Positions 27,928 to 39,628 are shown, counted from the first letter of the stretch. The stretch: 64,000 bases of DNA from Patellaria atrata CBS 101060 (GCA_010093705.1 MU006089.1:2653561-2717560), one strand, 5' to 3'. Notes: generated from the letters alone by a model not told the origin. Translations and numbers: made by a program.

Positions 27928-29091
27928 ATGTCACTCTCACCTGATTCGCGTTCTGCCGTGCTATCGGACGATGTGGACAGGTCCTTTCGTATGCGATCTG
28001 AGCGACTCAGGAAAGACGAGCGTGACCGCGCTCCAATTCTAAGAGAAGGTTATTTCCAGGATGGGGTCATGCTTTCAAGTCCGAACCGTTCTCTATCGCT
28101 GAAGAAGTTGGACGAAGTCTACCCTACCTCCCTGGAAGAAGGCGCAGCAAACACTGAGCAGCTGCCCGTCCCGCATTCTTCTTATAATGGAGAATTGTTG
28201 AGCCCTCGGACGAGGCTCCAGTATTATGAAGAGACTTTAGCATATCGAAAGGTTCCAGGACACATCCGAGACACCTTCGCGAAACAGTCCCCAGTAGTTG
28301 CGCAACTGAGTACAAATGTTATTGTATGCTAGAACCCCCCGGCACTTACATCATATATACTAATCGCTCATTATAAATAGCTTCCAGATGTCTTTCTAGT
28401 AGTGAGGGAGCTATCAATCCAACTTTCAGGGCTCTACAACCGTTCAGAGTCATCTATTATGGTCACCCTTAAGCATTCGACATGCATGATTTTAGGAGGA
28501 ACCTTTGAACCCACTTATGTTCTGACAATGAGCGCGTTACCATCTCAGATTCAGCCGACCATCAATAAGCGAAATGCAGCTGTAATCCAAAACTTTCTTC
28601 AGGATGTGCTTGGTGTACAGCCAAACAGAGGCGTTATCAAATTCCAGGCAGTTGAAGAGGCAAATCTAGCTATCAATGGTGGTACAATCCTTGGTAAAAT
28701 CGAGGAGCAAGAGAAGATCCAGAGCCTCAATGAAGGTAGTCTGAAGAGGGCCTTTACCAAACGGTCCCCGAAAACCCCAAGGAAAGTAAAGAGTTTGGTT
28801 TCATTGTCGCGCAAGCGCGCAGACAGCACTAGCAACAAAGACAGCCCAGGAATCGCTTCTATCCCTGAAGACCGAGAGCTCTCCCCGATCCAGACAGCAG
28901 AGGGAGAACATGATAATGACAAATCTTCGGCATCCAAGGTTGCGAAGGCATTTAAGCGCTCGATCTCTTTCCGTGAACTCATGTCGTCAGATTCATCGGT
29001 AGTGACACCGCAGCCAGACAAGCCGGAGGAGGCTGCTGATAAGAGCGTTCGGACCAAGAAAAGCTTCAAAGCTGCTATCTTTGGAAAGTAG
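27928..29091 (+). CDS. MIF/tautomerase-domain protein with long N- and C-terminal extensions
   Basis: PVVAQLSTNVI|LPD..ELSIQLSGLYNRSESSIMV..MILGGTFEP..NKRNAAVIQNFLQDVLGV..RGVIKF..NLAINGGT resembles the MIF fold. Intron at 28324-28380. Confidence 0.78.
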
Positions 29092-29408
29092 ACCTTCAAG
29101 CTTGGGTCGAGAGATTTTCACGTGTAAACTATGAGATGGGAAGAGCCTCGAGCTATCTTCGGACAGTAAATATTCCGGCTTGGACAAGGGAATTTTCTGG
29201 TGAAGCGACGAGGAGAGAGGATAAATTGTTTCAGTTTCTGCATGGAACTGATCAAATGATTGGTTGATCTGGATTCCTTCTCCGCGGTTGGAGAACGAAT
29301 ATAGCTACTTGATACGTAACTAAATATGAACATTCTGGTGATCCAAACGATAAATGACATGACAATGACTATTTTCGTCTCACTGAGTGATCACATGTTT
29401 GCGTGAGG

Positions 29409-29414
29409 ACGCGT
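29409..29414. promoter_or_regulatory. MCB-like element (ACGCGT) upstream of CENP-X
   Basis: Exact ACGCGT about 80 bp upstream of ATG 29490, with a second GCGCGT at about 29433. Function is inferred only. Confidence 0.35.
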
Positions 29415-29489
29415 TTAGCTCTTTGCCCTTCGGCGCGTTTTCGATCCATTTCCCCACCACAAGCCCATTTCATAACAACCCACGAAAAT

Positions 29490-30116
29490 ATGGCACTAGA
29501 ACGGACATCGTCAAACCTATCTAAAAGGAAACAACCGCCATTCAAACCTCCACGTCCCACTAAAGTAGTCGAGGGTACTGGTTCTGTTACGAAGCCACGA
29601 GGACGACCACGAAAAGCGCCCGATTCGAACGCAAAAGAACCTGCGGCGAAGAAATCAAGACCAGCACCCAATAGAAGTGGCTTTAAACCCGCAACTGCAA
29701 CGATAATATCATCATCTGAAGAGTTAGATTCGGAAGATCAAAGTGATCCTGCCGAGGAGAGCGACCAAGATGACGCTGGAAGCGTCAGAGAATCGCCGGT
29801 AGCAGGGAGAGTAACATCACCGGAACCCGAAGCGCCTGCTATACCACCAGCGCTGCTCACAAAGCTGCTGTATGAAAACTTTGAAGACAAAGATATGAGG
29901 ATCAGTAAAGAGGCTATGCAAGTCGTGAGGAAGTATATGGAGACCTTTGTAAAGGAAGCCCTCGCTAGAGCTGCTTTCGAGAGGGAAGACGATGGTATCG
30001 GGGACGGGTTCTTGCAGGTCAGTTCATTCGAGACGCGCAAAAGCTGGGTACTAATGGTTTTTCGATAGGTCGAAGATTTAGAGAAACTAGCACCTCAGCT
30101 ATTGCTTGACTTTTAA
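29490..30116 (+). CDS. MHF2: CENP-X / MHF2 histone-fold protein with disordered N-terminus carrying an AT-hook (KPRGRPRK)
   Basis: IPPALLTKLLYENFEDKDMRISKEAMQVVRKYMETFVKEALARAA..GDGFLQ|VEDLEKLAPQLLLDF*. Intron at 30018-30068. Confidence 0.9.
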
Positions 30117-30123
30117 TCCACTA

Positions 30124-30807
30124 TGTAAGATTAGAGATGGTCTAAAAACCGCTACGGAACTCGAGGATACCTCTACTACGATACCTTGACTGAACTCGTG
30201 TACAAGACTGCGTTACCCCCGTGTATAACAAAATCGAGGCATTATCTGAACTTAAAACTATCTTTATAGTTATGAGCCCGACTCTCGCTGAACTGAAGTG
30301 GAGTACCCTTATTATACTCCCCTTTAACTAATTAGGTCTATCTACCTCGCGAATTATACTTCCAGATAAACCGTTTACGATAGTGCCTTCAGTCTATGCA
30401 GCGACATTAGATACCCTATAATCAGATGCATTGTACGGCATCACTTAGCAACGATCATCCGTTCAGCCTTATTAACGCCCATCTGTTCGGCCTTGTCAAC
30501 GACCACAACCGGCCAGTCGTACAGCCTACACCGTGATGAACGCGATAAACATAACCACAACAAATACTGCGACTAACTCTAATACATCTAAATCAGAGCC
30601 GAGCGTTTGGATGACCATACCGTAGTACTAGATGGACCCGAGATAGATAGAGAGCCATGCGGCCTACAGGGCTGCCAGATAAGGTATACTGGAATGGTCA
30701 GTAATTATTTGAGCTCCTCTACTGTAGAGAAGCTAGAAGTGTGTGTAAGGTTGGATACGGACTGAGAACGGCTACGGAATTCGGGGATATCTATACTACG
30801 ATACCTT
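30124..30807 (+). repeat. Two diverged direct-repeat copies (30124-30187 and 30744-30807), possibly LTR/TE relics
   Basis: An ungapped 64-nt alignment by eye gives 52 identities, and 8 of the 12 differences are transitions. Both copies begin TGTAAG. Confidence 0.7.
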
Positions 30808-32298
30808 AGCAGAACCTGTTTTGCATTTGTCTATACCAATACCCAATTAAGCCCCTAATACTTGATCGGAGCTTATAGGCTGCATATACTCCGTATTTTG
30901 TTGCTGCAAACCGTATCATATCAAGCACGTGCGTATCTTTTGGTATGTTTGTTTGGTCTGTTCAAACAGCCTTGTAAGGATCCGTTTGACAGAGCGTTTA
31001 AAAGAAAGATCCGAAGAATTGGTGAAGCAAGACGGCCATGTGCAAAGTGCCAGAGTCTACATATTCAGGTAGAAATGTTCCGGAACACTGTACTTGTACC
31101 ACAGCACCTGGTACACCCCCCTTCTCATGAGAGATCAATCTTAGTCTGTATGTAGATTTATAATAGAGCAATTTCTTCAAAACCGAATGTTTGCGGTGAG
31201 CACGAAGGTCGACTGACAGGTCTACGGTCCTGAATTATGTACATAATAATCTAGCAACGGAAGTGGATGGCCGGGTCCTACCGTACAACTCTACATCGGG
31301 TGATTTGTCCAAACTGCAAAGTATAAATCTAGGTCATGACTTGGACAAGCTGTCACTGTCTTTCGGAGAATTGGTGCCCGTACTGTAAGATGCTTGAAAT
31401 GGATATCAGCGATGCAACAGCATAAACAAGTCAAGCCACGTCTTTCCATGTCATCTCGGGACTAATCAAAGCACTTCAACGGGCTCAAAGCAACCGAAAG
31501 CTGGGTAGAGGGCTAGGAGGCTCTTTGCATGGGTTTGGTGCAAAGGTCAAACGCGGAGGCATCGTTCGCGACGCTCTTCAAACAGCAACCGCCGCGCTTG
31601 TCCCAAACTGGACGAAACAACTCCCTTCCGCTAACCTTCCCACGACTCGAACAATTTTAAACATCACCCAACTTTGCATTTCCTGAAGAGAACACCAAAT
31701 GACGATCCAACGATGGATCGGTTGAAAGAGTTATTTGTACAGTACGAGACTATCCTAGAGAAAGAATGTGACTCTAGGGAAGAAAAGCGAGAAATAGCGG
31801 AAAGATTACGTCCGGTAAAGATGCTTACAGAAAGAAACCTCACAGTCTGTAGGACTACCGAACGGTTGCTACGTACCCTGGCGACTATTTCGAGTATCAG
31901 ATCTAGATTTGGATGTGGCTGAAGCATTTGGGGATCTAAACGTCGCAGAACATACTCACCCGGGCTATTCCATCTCACCATGTTTGTTCTCAAACTCGGA
32001 AGAGATTTCTGCGACATGGAAACGAGATCCGTACTCATCTTTCGTTATGCCTTAAGTAGTTGCTCTCTCTCATTTGGAGAGACCGTTCCTTCGACCATCA
32101 ACAACAATCTTTGTGCGAGAAATTTTCTTTCTTTTCTGCATTCTTTTCTGTCTATCTTTCTTCAATTACTATTCTTCAATAACTGGCCAGTCCGGTTTAT
32201 AGCGCTAGTCGCTCTTATTGTAATATACCCTTCGAGGCTTTGACATTCACTATCTATTCATCAACAACAGTCGATCTTTTTTGAATCTTTCGTTCAAG

Positions 32299-33505
32299 AT
32301 GCATTACACAACATTTTTGACAACGACCGCCCTGTTGGCTGGAGGCGCTATTGCGACGAACCATGAGCAGATGTATGGACAATACGGCGCTCCAGCTGAG
32401 GGACAATATGAGGCTCCGGCTTACACACCACCAATGCACGAAGTATCAACACCAGCATACGAAGCAGCACCAGTGCACGTATCGACACCTGTGTACGAGG
32501 CTCCGCCCATGCACGTATCAACACCGATGTACGAAGCTCCACCAGTGCACGAGACAATGCCAGCATATGAACAACCGCCGATGCACGAAACAACTTCAGT
32601 ATATGTACCGCCAGTGCATGAAACAATGCCACCATACGAAGCACCACCCGTTCACGAAACTATGCCACCGTACGAAATACCACCAGTTCATGAAACGACG
32701 CCAGTTTACGTCGCTCCAACAATGACACACTCGGTTGCCCCGGTGCAAACATATGTTCAGCCTGCTCCTTCGCACGTTGCTCCCGAGGGAGGTGCTGGAC
32801 AGGTTGTTCATGTCGTTCAAGTTAGCGATGCTGGAGCAAGTCTTATCTTCACACCAAAGAACACCATTGCCAATGTGGGCGATTTCGTCCAGTTCCAATT
32901 CTGGCCGAAGAACCATTCTGTTGTCCAATCTGCTTTTGATTCGCCTTGCGTGCCACTGCAGAACGTCCAACCAAACGCCACCCAAGCATTCTTCTCTGGG
33001 TTTATGCCAGTCACCGTTGATTCCACAGAGACCCCAACCTACACAATTCAAGTTCACGACATGAAACCAATCTGGTACTATTGCTCCCAGGCAATGCATT
33101 GTCAAAATGGTATGGTTGGTGCCATTAACGCGTAAGTCATCCCCAGCAAGTTTATCATCGCCGTTTTCTAACCACGTAAACCATAGTCCCCTAACCGGCG
33201 AGAAGACGATTGAGAAGTACACAGAACTTGCCGGGGGCGCGCCGCAAAATCTTAGCCCGGGTCACAACGCTCCAGGGGGGAACTACAGCGTCTCTGTTCC
33301 TTCCCCAAGTGCATCTCCTATCGACACCACTCTTCTCACTTCCGCAATCCCACTTCCCCCAGTAACTTCAATCGTTGTCGATGGCGGTGCGACACCAACA
33401 CAATCTGGGCCTCTCCAGGTTTCAACAGCTGCGGCGCCGGGTCTGTTGGTGGAAGGAAGCTTGAGTATGGGTCTCGCAGGTCTTGCTGCTTTCTTGTTGT
33501 TCTAG
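32299..33505 (+). CDS. Secreted, probably GPI-anchored cupredoxin-domain protein with N-terminal Pro/Tyr/His/Met tandem repeats
   Basis: Signal peptide MHYTTFLTTTALLAGGAIA. Cupredoxin segment ANVGDFVQFQFWPKNHSVVQSAFDSPC...IWYYCSQAMHCQNGMVGAIN. Intron 33132-33186. S/T/P linker and hydrophobic C-terminus LSMGLAGLAAFLLF. Confidence 0.9.
32407..32718 (+). repeat. Coding minisatellite: about 8 units of 33-36 bp encoding Y(E)APPVHET(M/T)P(P/V)
   Basis: Units include YEAAPVHVSTPV, YEAPPMHVSTPM, YEAPPVHETMPA, YEQPPMHETTSV, YVPPVHETMPP, YEAPPVHETMPP and YEIPPVHETTPV. Confidence 0.9.
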
Positions 33506-34241
33506 GGGATGTGTCTTGTATTAAACGACTGCATTGGGAGGAGAGGTTTCGCGCATTATACCGCCTTGGATTTTTCGGCTTGGACGTTCTCGTCTACTTC
33601 TGATGATTGGTGTTTAGGTCAAAAGCCTCGAAGGCTTGTAGATTAGACCGGTAATAACTGGAGCTTTTTATATTTATAGGCAATCAAAAATGAATTCTCG
33701 ACTACAATCTCGTCTCAATGTTCGAAGTCGTAACAACCAAATCTGAAATATAACAGTACATCTCTTCTTGTCAACAATTAAAAGCTAGCACGTCATTGGA
33801 TCGGATAAGATACATGCTGAATCATTAGACATGTGCAAGCTTAAGAAAATGGAAAGGGTCCAATCTTCGCTGCTGAGAGTACTTCGGAAGTTAAGTGGTA
33901 ACTGTGGCATGTCCACAACAGATTCCTCCTTTCAGTCAAATACAGTTAAATGAAGTGTAGAGATTGTAAGCATGATCAAAAAATTTCTAGCGGTATTAAA
34001 AGCTCATAAAGAGGCACGCGGCGAAATGAATGGTTCTTCTTTAAAAGTTGCTTGTCGGTACAAGGTTCCGCTCGCAAGCCCGAATTAACCCGAATGGTCT
34101 AAAGAAATTTAGGTAGAGCACGGAGCGGACCAAAACCTTTCTCTCAATAATACCTTTAACTTCCATCCGTCCTCCTTTACCTTCATTAATCCTAATTTTT
34201 GCGACCCCAATTCCACTCTCCGCTCTCGTCTCATCGACACA

Positions 34242-35503
34242 ATGGCAACCGCGCCTCCTCCATCCTCAACGGGCTCCATCCAGCTTGACGGAATAAAACA
34301 AGCTGCCGCCGCGCAAGACCCCAGGAAACTCAGCGGCTTCGCGCTGTACTCTAGATTCGCCTTTGCTGGCGCTGTCTGTTGTTCCGTCACTCATGGCGCT
34401 CTCACTCCCGTCGACGTGTGAGTCTACAATTCATTGATCCTGTCGCAAAAATTCTCGCGGCTTTAAATGTAAAATCCGAGCTAATATAAAAACTCCGGCA
34501 TTTAGGGTTAAGACAAGGATACAGCTCGACCCTATCAAGTATAACAAAGGTCTAATCGGTGGTTTCCGTCAAGTCATCGCGAGCGAGGGTGCTGGAGCTG
34601 TCTGGACTGGTTTCGGCCCAACTGCTGCTGGATACTTTTTGCAAGGAGCATTCAAATTCGGAGGTTACGAATTCTTCAAGCAACAATGCATCAACCAGCT
34701 CGGATATGAATCTGCCTCGCAAAACCGCACCGCCGTCTATCTTGCGTCCGCCGCTGCTGCCGAATTCTTCGCTGATATCGCTCTTTGCCCTCTTGAAGCT
34801 ACCCGTATCCGTCTCGTCTCGGAACCTACATTCGCGAGCGGACTTGTGAGTGGTTTCGGTAAGATCTTGAAGAATGAAGGTGTTGGAGCATTCTACTCTG
34901 GTTTCGGTCCTATCCTGTTCAAGCAGTAAGTGCATCTGAAGCTGGAACGTTGGCATCTCTAATCTTGTACAGGGTCCCGTACACCATGGCTAAGTTCGTC
35001 GTTTACGAGAAGGTTGCCGAGATGGTCTGGAGGTCAATAGATAAGAACACTGCCTCTTCCTCGACTGCAACTGCTGTCAACCTTGGATCTGGTCTCGTCG
35101 CTGGTTTCGCCGCCGCTATCATATCCCAACCCGCCGACACTATGCTTAGCAAAATCAACAAGACGAAAGGTCTCCCTGGTGAGGGAACTACTACCCGTCT
35201 CATCAAGATTGCAAAGGAGCTAGGTCTTCGTGGTAGTTACGCTGGTATCGGTGCTCGTCTCTTCGTAAGTCCACTACATCCCAAACCCTACCCCTGGGAG
35301 CCACAGTAGATATCCCAAACTGGCCTGCAGTTAACTAACATACACGGGACCGCGCAGATGGTTGGAACTTTGACAGCAGGTATTACGTCATCCCGTCCTT
35401 TTCATTGAAATATATATTAACTCAGCTCGTAGGACAATTTGCCATTTACGGTGATATCAAGAAGGCCCTTGGCGCGACTGGTGGCGTAGAGATCGCAAAA
35501 TAG
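34242..35503 (+). CDS. MIR1: Mitochondrial phosphate carrier (SLC25, Mir1 type), 5 exons
   Basis: Three carrier motifs: [22 protein letters not shown] and [11 protein letters not shown]. Also [17 protein letters not shown] and [17 protein letters not shown]. Introns at 34418-34505, 34926-34972, 35265-35357 and 35380-35432. Confidence 0.95.
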
Positions 35504-36431
35504 AGAACGAATCAAAGATAGAAATCAGAATGATGTTCCCGAACATTAGTTTCCTCTAAGCATATCCGGAAGTTCTTTGGTATTGGTTGTGGTAGATTCA
35601 TCTGACGTTGATGCTTGGGATAGAGAGTTTCTCACCACGTTTTGTAATTCTAGGCTCTTTTCCATGGTATATCATAGACAATAGACTCAGCTAAAATGAT
35701 TCTCAACTCTAGAATTCTACTCGACTGTATACCGGCGTCATCGTTGCGAAATAGCTGTGTTGGTGCGGATATCAAAAGGGGCTCGAATCGCCAAGAGTCA
35801 CGTGCACGGACTCACCCTTAAAAGTTCTACCCTTAACTTAATTCTTCATGCGCCTTGTAAATAAGATTTTCGGGACTATATTTCTACACTGACGCTAGGT
35901 ACTTCATCGGTACTCCAGCCGAGAACTAATTGACTTGAGTTCCTACCGACGCGTCTTATATAGTAGCTGGTCAAAGGAGGAACGGCAGTAAAAATGCTCT
36001 AAGCGAGGAGTTTCGGTTAATCTTTATAAAAGTTCTGAGTTTTGAGTTTTGAGCTTTACGATCTTATTTCATTTGTCTCATCTTTCATTTCTCTATATCT
36101 TGGCTTTTTCCGTTGTGACCTTTCCTATCAGCCCATTGGACGTCTTCTACGCAATAGAAAGGTAAATCCTCATTCTCGCACTTGGCGCTGTTTGTATTGA
36201 AGATTCGAAAAGAACAGGGTGCTTTCCTCCCTCCCCTTGAATCGTCTCTAAAGGCCTTTTAGCTAAGCTGAACTAATCCGGAAATACGTTGCGTGGTTTC
36301 GTTTTATAGGATGTCGTTGTTTGCAGAACACCAGTAGAAAGAGTGAAGAGTGTTTAAAAAGACAGGAAAGGTTCTATATACCGGGTATAAGGTTATAGGT
36401 ATCCATGACCGGATCTTATAAACAACTTAAT

Positions 36432-36466
36432 CATACAAACGACTGGACCATACAAACGACTGGACC
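36432..36466. repeat. Perfect 17-bp tandem duplication (CATACAAACGACTGGAC x2) in the MIR1-phoD intergenic region
   Basis: Read directly from line 36421. Confidence 0.9.
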
Positions 36467-36697
36467 TATAATATTGACTCGGTCATTATACGGATAGTTA
36501 GCCTTAGAGAAGCTTTAGGTGATCGTTCTATCGAATTCCGTCTTCTACTGCAATAAATACACCTGTACGGGAATATCCATATACAGTTTCAGTTTTTCTC
36601 GAGGTTACAGAGAATCTAGGCTCGATGAGAAATATATTACATATCTAACGACCCCTAGCCCCTCGTTCCTAGATTAGGCGTCCTAGATCATAAATAG

Positions 36698-38879
36698 TCA
36701 CTCGTGTTCCGTATCCCTAGTCGCATTCGTCTCAACCCTCCTCCCACCTTTCAGCGTTCCGGCTTCCACAACCCCACCAGCCACAGGCCTGCTGAGCCTG
36801 TTCTCCCCAGCCTTAACGGTGAAGTTGGCGAGCGAGATCTCCAATCCACTCTTAACCCTCGTATTCGGGATGCCGAAATACCTCGCCTCAATAGCCTCTT
36901 TGCTGACGTGGAGCTCGAAATACCCTCTATAATACAGCTCGTTCCACATTAGGTGCTCGTTGTGTCCGACGGCCCACTCCGTCATGTTGTTCGCCGCAGC
37001 CAGGGTGATGTTTTGCCCTACGGGTGCGGGGGAGCTTACAGCTGTGCCGCCGAATTCGACGGCGAGAGCACCGGCACCGGTGATGGGGTTATAGCGGTGT
37101 TCGGAGTTCCAGACGACGTCTGAGACCCAGGAGGCGTGGGTGTCGCCGGCGAGGAAGACGGTGTTACTGATATTGTGCTTGAGGAGGTGGGAGAGGGTTC
37201 GATTGCGGTTTGCTGCATAACCATCCCAGGCATCGTAATTGAAGGGGTCTTCGGGTCCAAGCAGGAGGGATAGATTGAGGGAGGAGAAGACTGTGGGCTG
37301 TTAGGGAGTGAAGATTTGAGGAAGGAAAAGGGTGGATAGGCTTACTGATTTGGTTACCCACGAGACGCCAGGTTGCATCTCGGCCTGCGGACTCGGAGAG
37401 CTGGCGGTAGAACCAGTGTTCCTGTCTACTACCCATCAAAGAGCGACTAGCCTCGTTGGAGATCTCGTTGATATAGTGGGTGTTCCAGTACAGGTCAGTG
37501 ATACTACGGTCATATTGTCTGGTGTCGAGCATGATTAGATCGATCAATTTGCCGATTGAAAAGGAGCGCCAGATTCTTAAGCCGTCATCCATATCCACTT
37601 GACTGATACATTTTGTTAGCTCACGTGAATTCTCTGTCATACTATAGTCCTTACCGGATAGGCATCCATTCGAAATATGCTCTGACAGCGTTCATTTTCC
37701 GCTGATCTACACTAACACCGCCATCATAAACGAATGATTCTTCCGTATTATTCACATGAGAAGATCCATCTCTGTACGTGTTATCTCCAACCTCTATCTT
37801 ACGATCAGTCACGAGATCAAACGCTATCAGACGGTAACTGACCATGGTCATCCCACACTGGAATCCATGCAAACATCTGATGGCTTGCTAAAAGATCCAA
37901 ATCGGTTCGATAAGTAGCAAGGCGCTTGCGATAGTCATAAAGAGAGAAAATCTCCTTGTTTGGAAGTGAAATACGTCCAAGGCTATAGCCCCAGCCATAG
38001 CCACCTTCTTCATACTCGTAGATGTAATCACCAAGATGGACAACGTAATCTACAGAATCCTTGTCCGAGCGTCAAAATAGTTCCTAAGGAGGGAATTGAA
38101 TTAACGTTACCTTTCGTACAGCATTTCCGTATGCATTGAAGAAGCCGAAAGCTGAAGGGATGACAAGTCAGACAACAAATCAGACAACATATCAAACGAG
38201 ACTCAGTATAACCTACGGTAGTTGGAACAGGAATAAATAGCCAGGCCAATATTTGAAACATCGTCATCGGGTCGCGGCGTCGTCTTGGTTCGGCCTACTG
38301 GACTGCTGTTGTCCGAACCACAGACAGTGAATTGGTAGTAGTATGTTGTATACGGTTCAAGATTCTTAGCCTCTACCTATAAATAAGAGATTCAGCAGTC
38401 TATCCGGTTAGGTTATGGTTTGATATTTTCCCTTTGGGACTTACCTTGACAGTATAATCGATATCTGAGGTGGTGTACACAGTTCCCTGGTCCACAGCAG
38501 AGCCAAAGGAGTCGTCCGTCGATACTTTATAGTCCAGACAAACTGGAGCGGCGGAAGCTTGGATGTATTCTTCCGTCTCATGATTCCATAGAGGGACGTA
38601 GCCGGAAACAGTCACGTTAGATTGATCATTATCAGCTGCAGGAGCGACACGAGTCCACAGTATGATAGAGGTTGGGTAGGGGTCCCCAGAAGCCACGCCG
38701 TGAGTGAAATTCAACTGGGCAGGATCCCAAGACGAACTTGGATTGTTTCTCTTGACTACTTTATGAATAGAGACGCCCAGCCCTGGGTGATTTTCTGAGG
38801 GAGAACGATAGTTGAGGTTAGAGGCATACCTCGCGCTTACAACACCGAAGCTTAGAAAGAGAATTGACAATGAACGCAT
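36698..38879 (-). CDS. phoD: Secreted alkaline phosphatase D (PhoD family), multi-exon
   Basis: Signal peptide MRSLSILFLSFGVVSA. Motifs FTHGVASGDP..ILWTR, DIDYTVK|VEA, GRTKT, VVHLGDYIYE, AVRAYFEWMPIR, MLDTRQYDR, DAWDGY, AGDTHASW, VEFGGTAVSS and RGYFELHV. Several GT-AG introns, e.g. 38377-38444. Confidence 0.95.
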
Positions 38880-39269
38880 TCTGAAGGGAAGAGAAGTTGA
38901 ATTGGTCAATTCCAAGTCCAAGTCGAGTTCCAACTACGACTTGCGCTCTTCCTGGGATTCTGACTTCTTTTTGTAGTTCTTTCTCACCTGCCTCTACCTA
39001 CTCACTTACCTGCTACTAGTAAGGTAGTGTTCGCATTCAAGGATCGTGAAGAACTCAAGATAGCCTTTCACTTCCGTCATCAATATAGTATTTTGCAGGG
39101 AAAGTTGCATTTGTGGCTCAGGCGAACCAATGAAAAGTAGTTGATTTCGCATGCTCATAGGATCCGTATACATTTGAATGTCGTTATGATCTCTTGCGAG
39201 TTTCCCGTTATGGGATGGTAATGTGCATTTGGGTCGAGGGCGAGGGTTGAGGAGAAGAGCAGAATTGAG

Positions 39270-39275
39270 CACGTG
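39270..39275. promoter_or_regulatory. CACGTG, candidate Pho4/NUC-1/PalcA bHLH site about 390 bp upstream of phoD
   Basis: The sequence reads gagCACGTGttg. CACGTG is the established PHO-regulon site in fungi, and its position upstream of a secreted phosphatase fits. Confidence 0.45.
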
Positions 39276-39628
39276 TTGCAGGGAGGGCCAAGGGACTTAG
39301 GTACCCATTAAGCCCCTTGCCCCTTTGGCCTAAGGCCCCCTTTGGCCCTCAAGACGCGTCACTTTCCATCCAAAATTCATCTCACAACCGACCATGGATA
39401 GAACGAACATGTCACTGTCTCTCATCAATCATTATATCATTATTGACTCAGATGGGTAATCCGTCGAAGGATGAACTTGATACGCGCCTAATAGACGGAC
39501 AATTAGGCATTTCGTAAAAGTTCTGCCTCAACATACCTCCAAGCAGAAATCAACCAGGATAGAAAAACTACGATATTTGAAGGAGCTGCAAATTAACGGT
39601 CAATATTTCCCCAAAGCTTTTACTGTCA

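Noticed and set aside
32407..32718. Classical dikaritin/KEP RiPP precursor
   Set aside because: The repeats lack KR/RR Kex2 sites, and no DUF3328/UstY or tyrosinase gene is in the window.
36432..36466. CRISPR-like direct repeats
   Set aside because: Only two adjacent copies, no spacers, no cas genes, and a eukaryotic context.
36985..37260. Apparent frameshift in phoD suggested by the fragmented ORF track
   Set aside because: Manual translation is continuous (VEFGGTAVSSPAPVGQNITLAAANNMTEW); the fragmentation comes from introns and start-codon rules.
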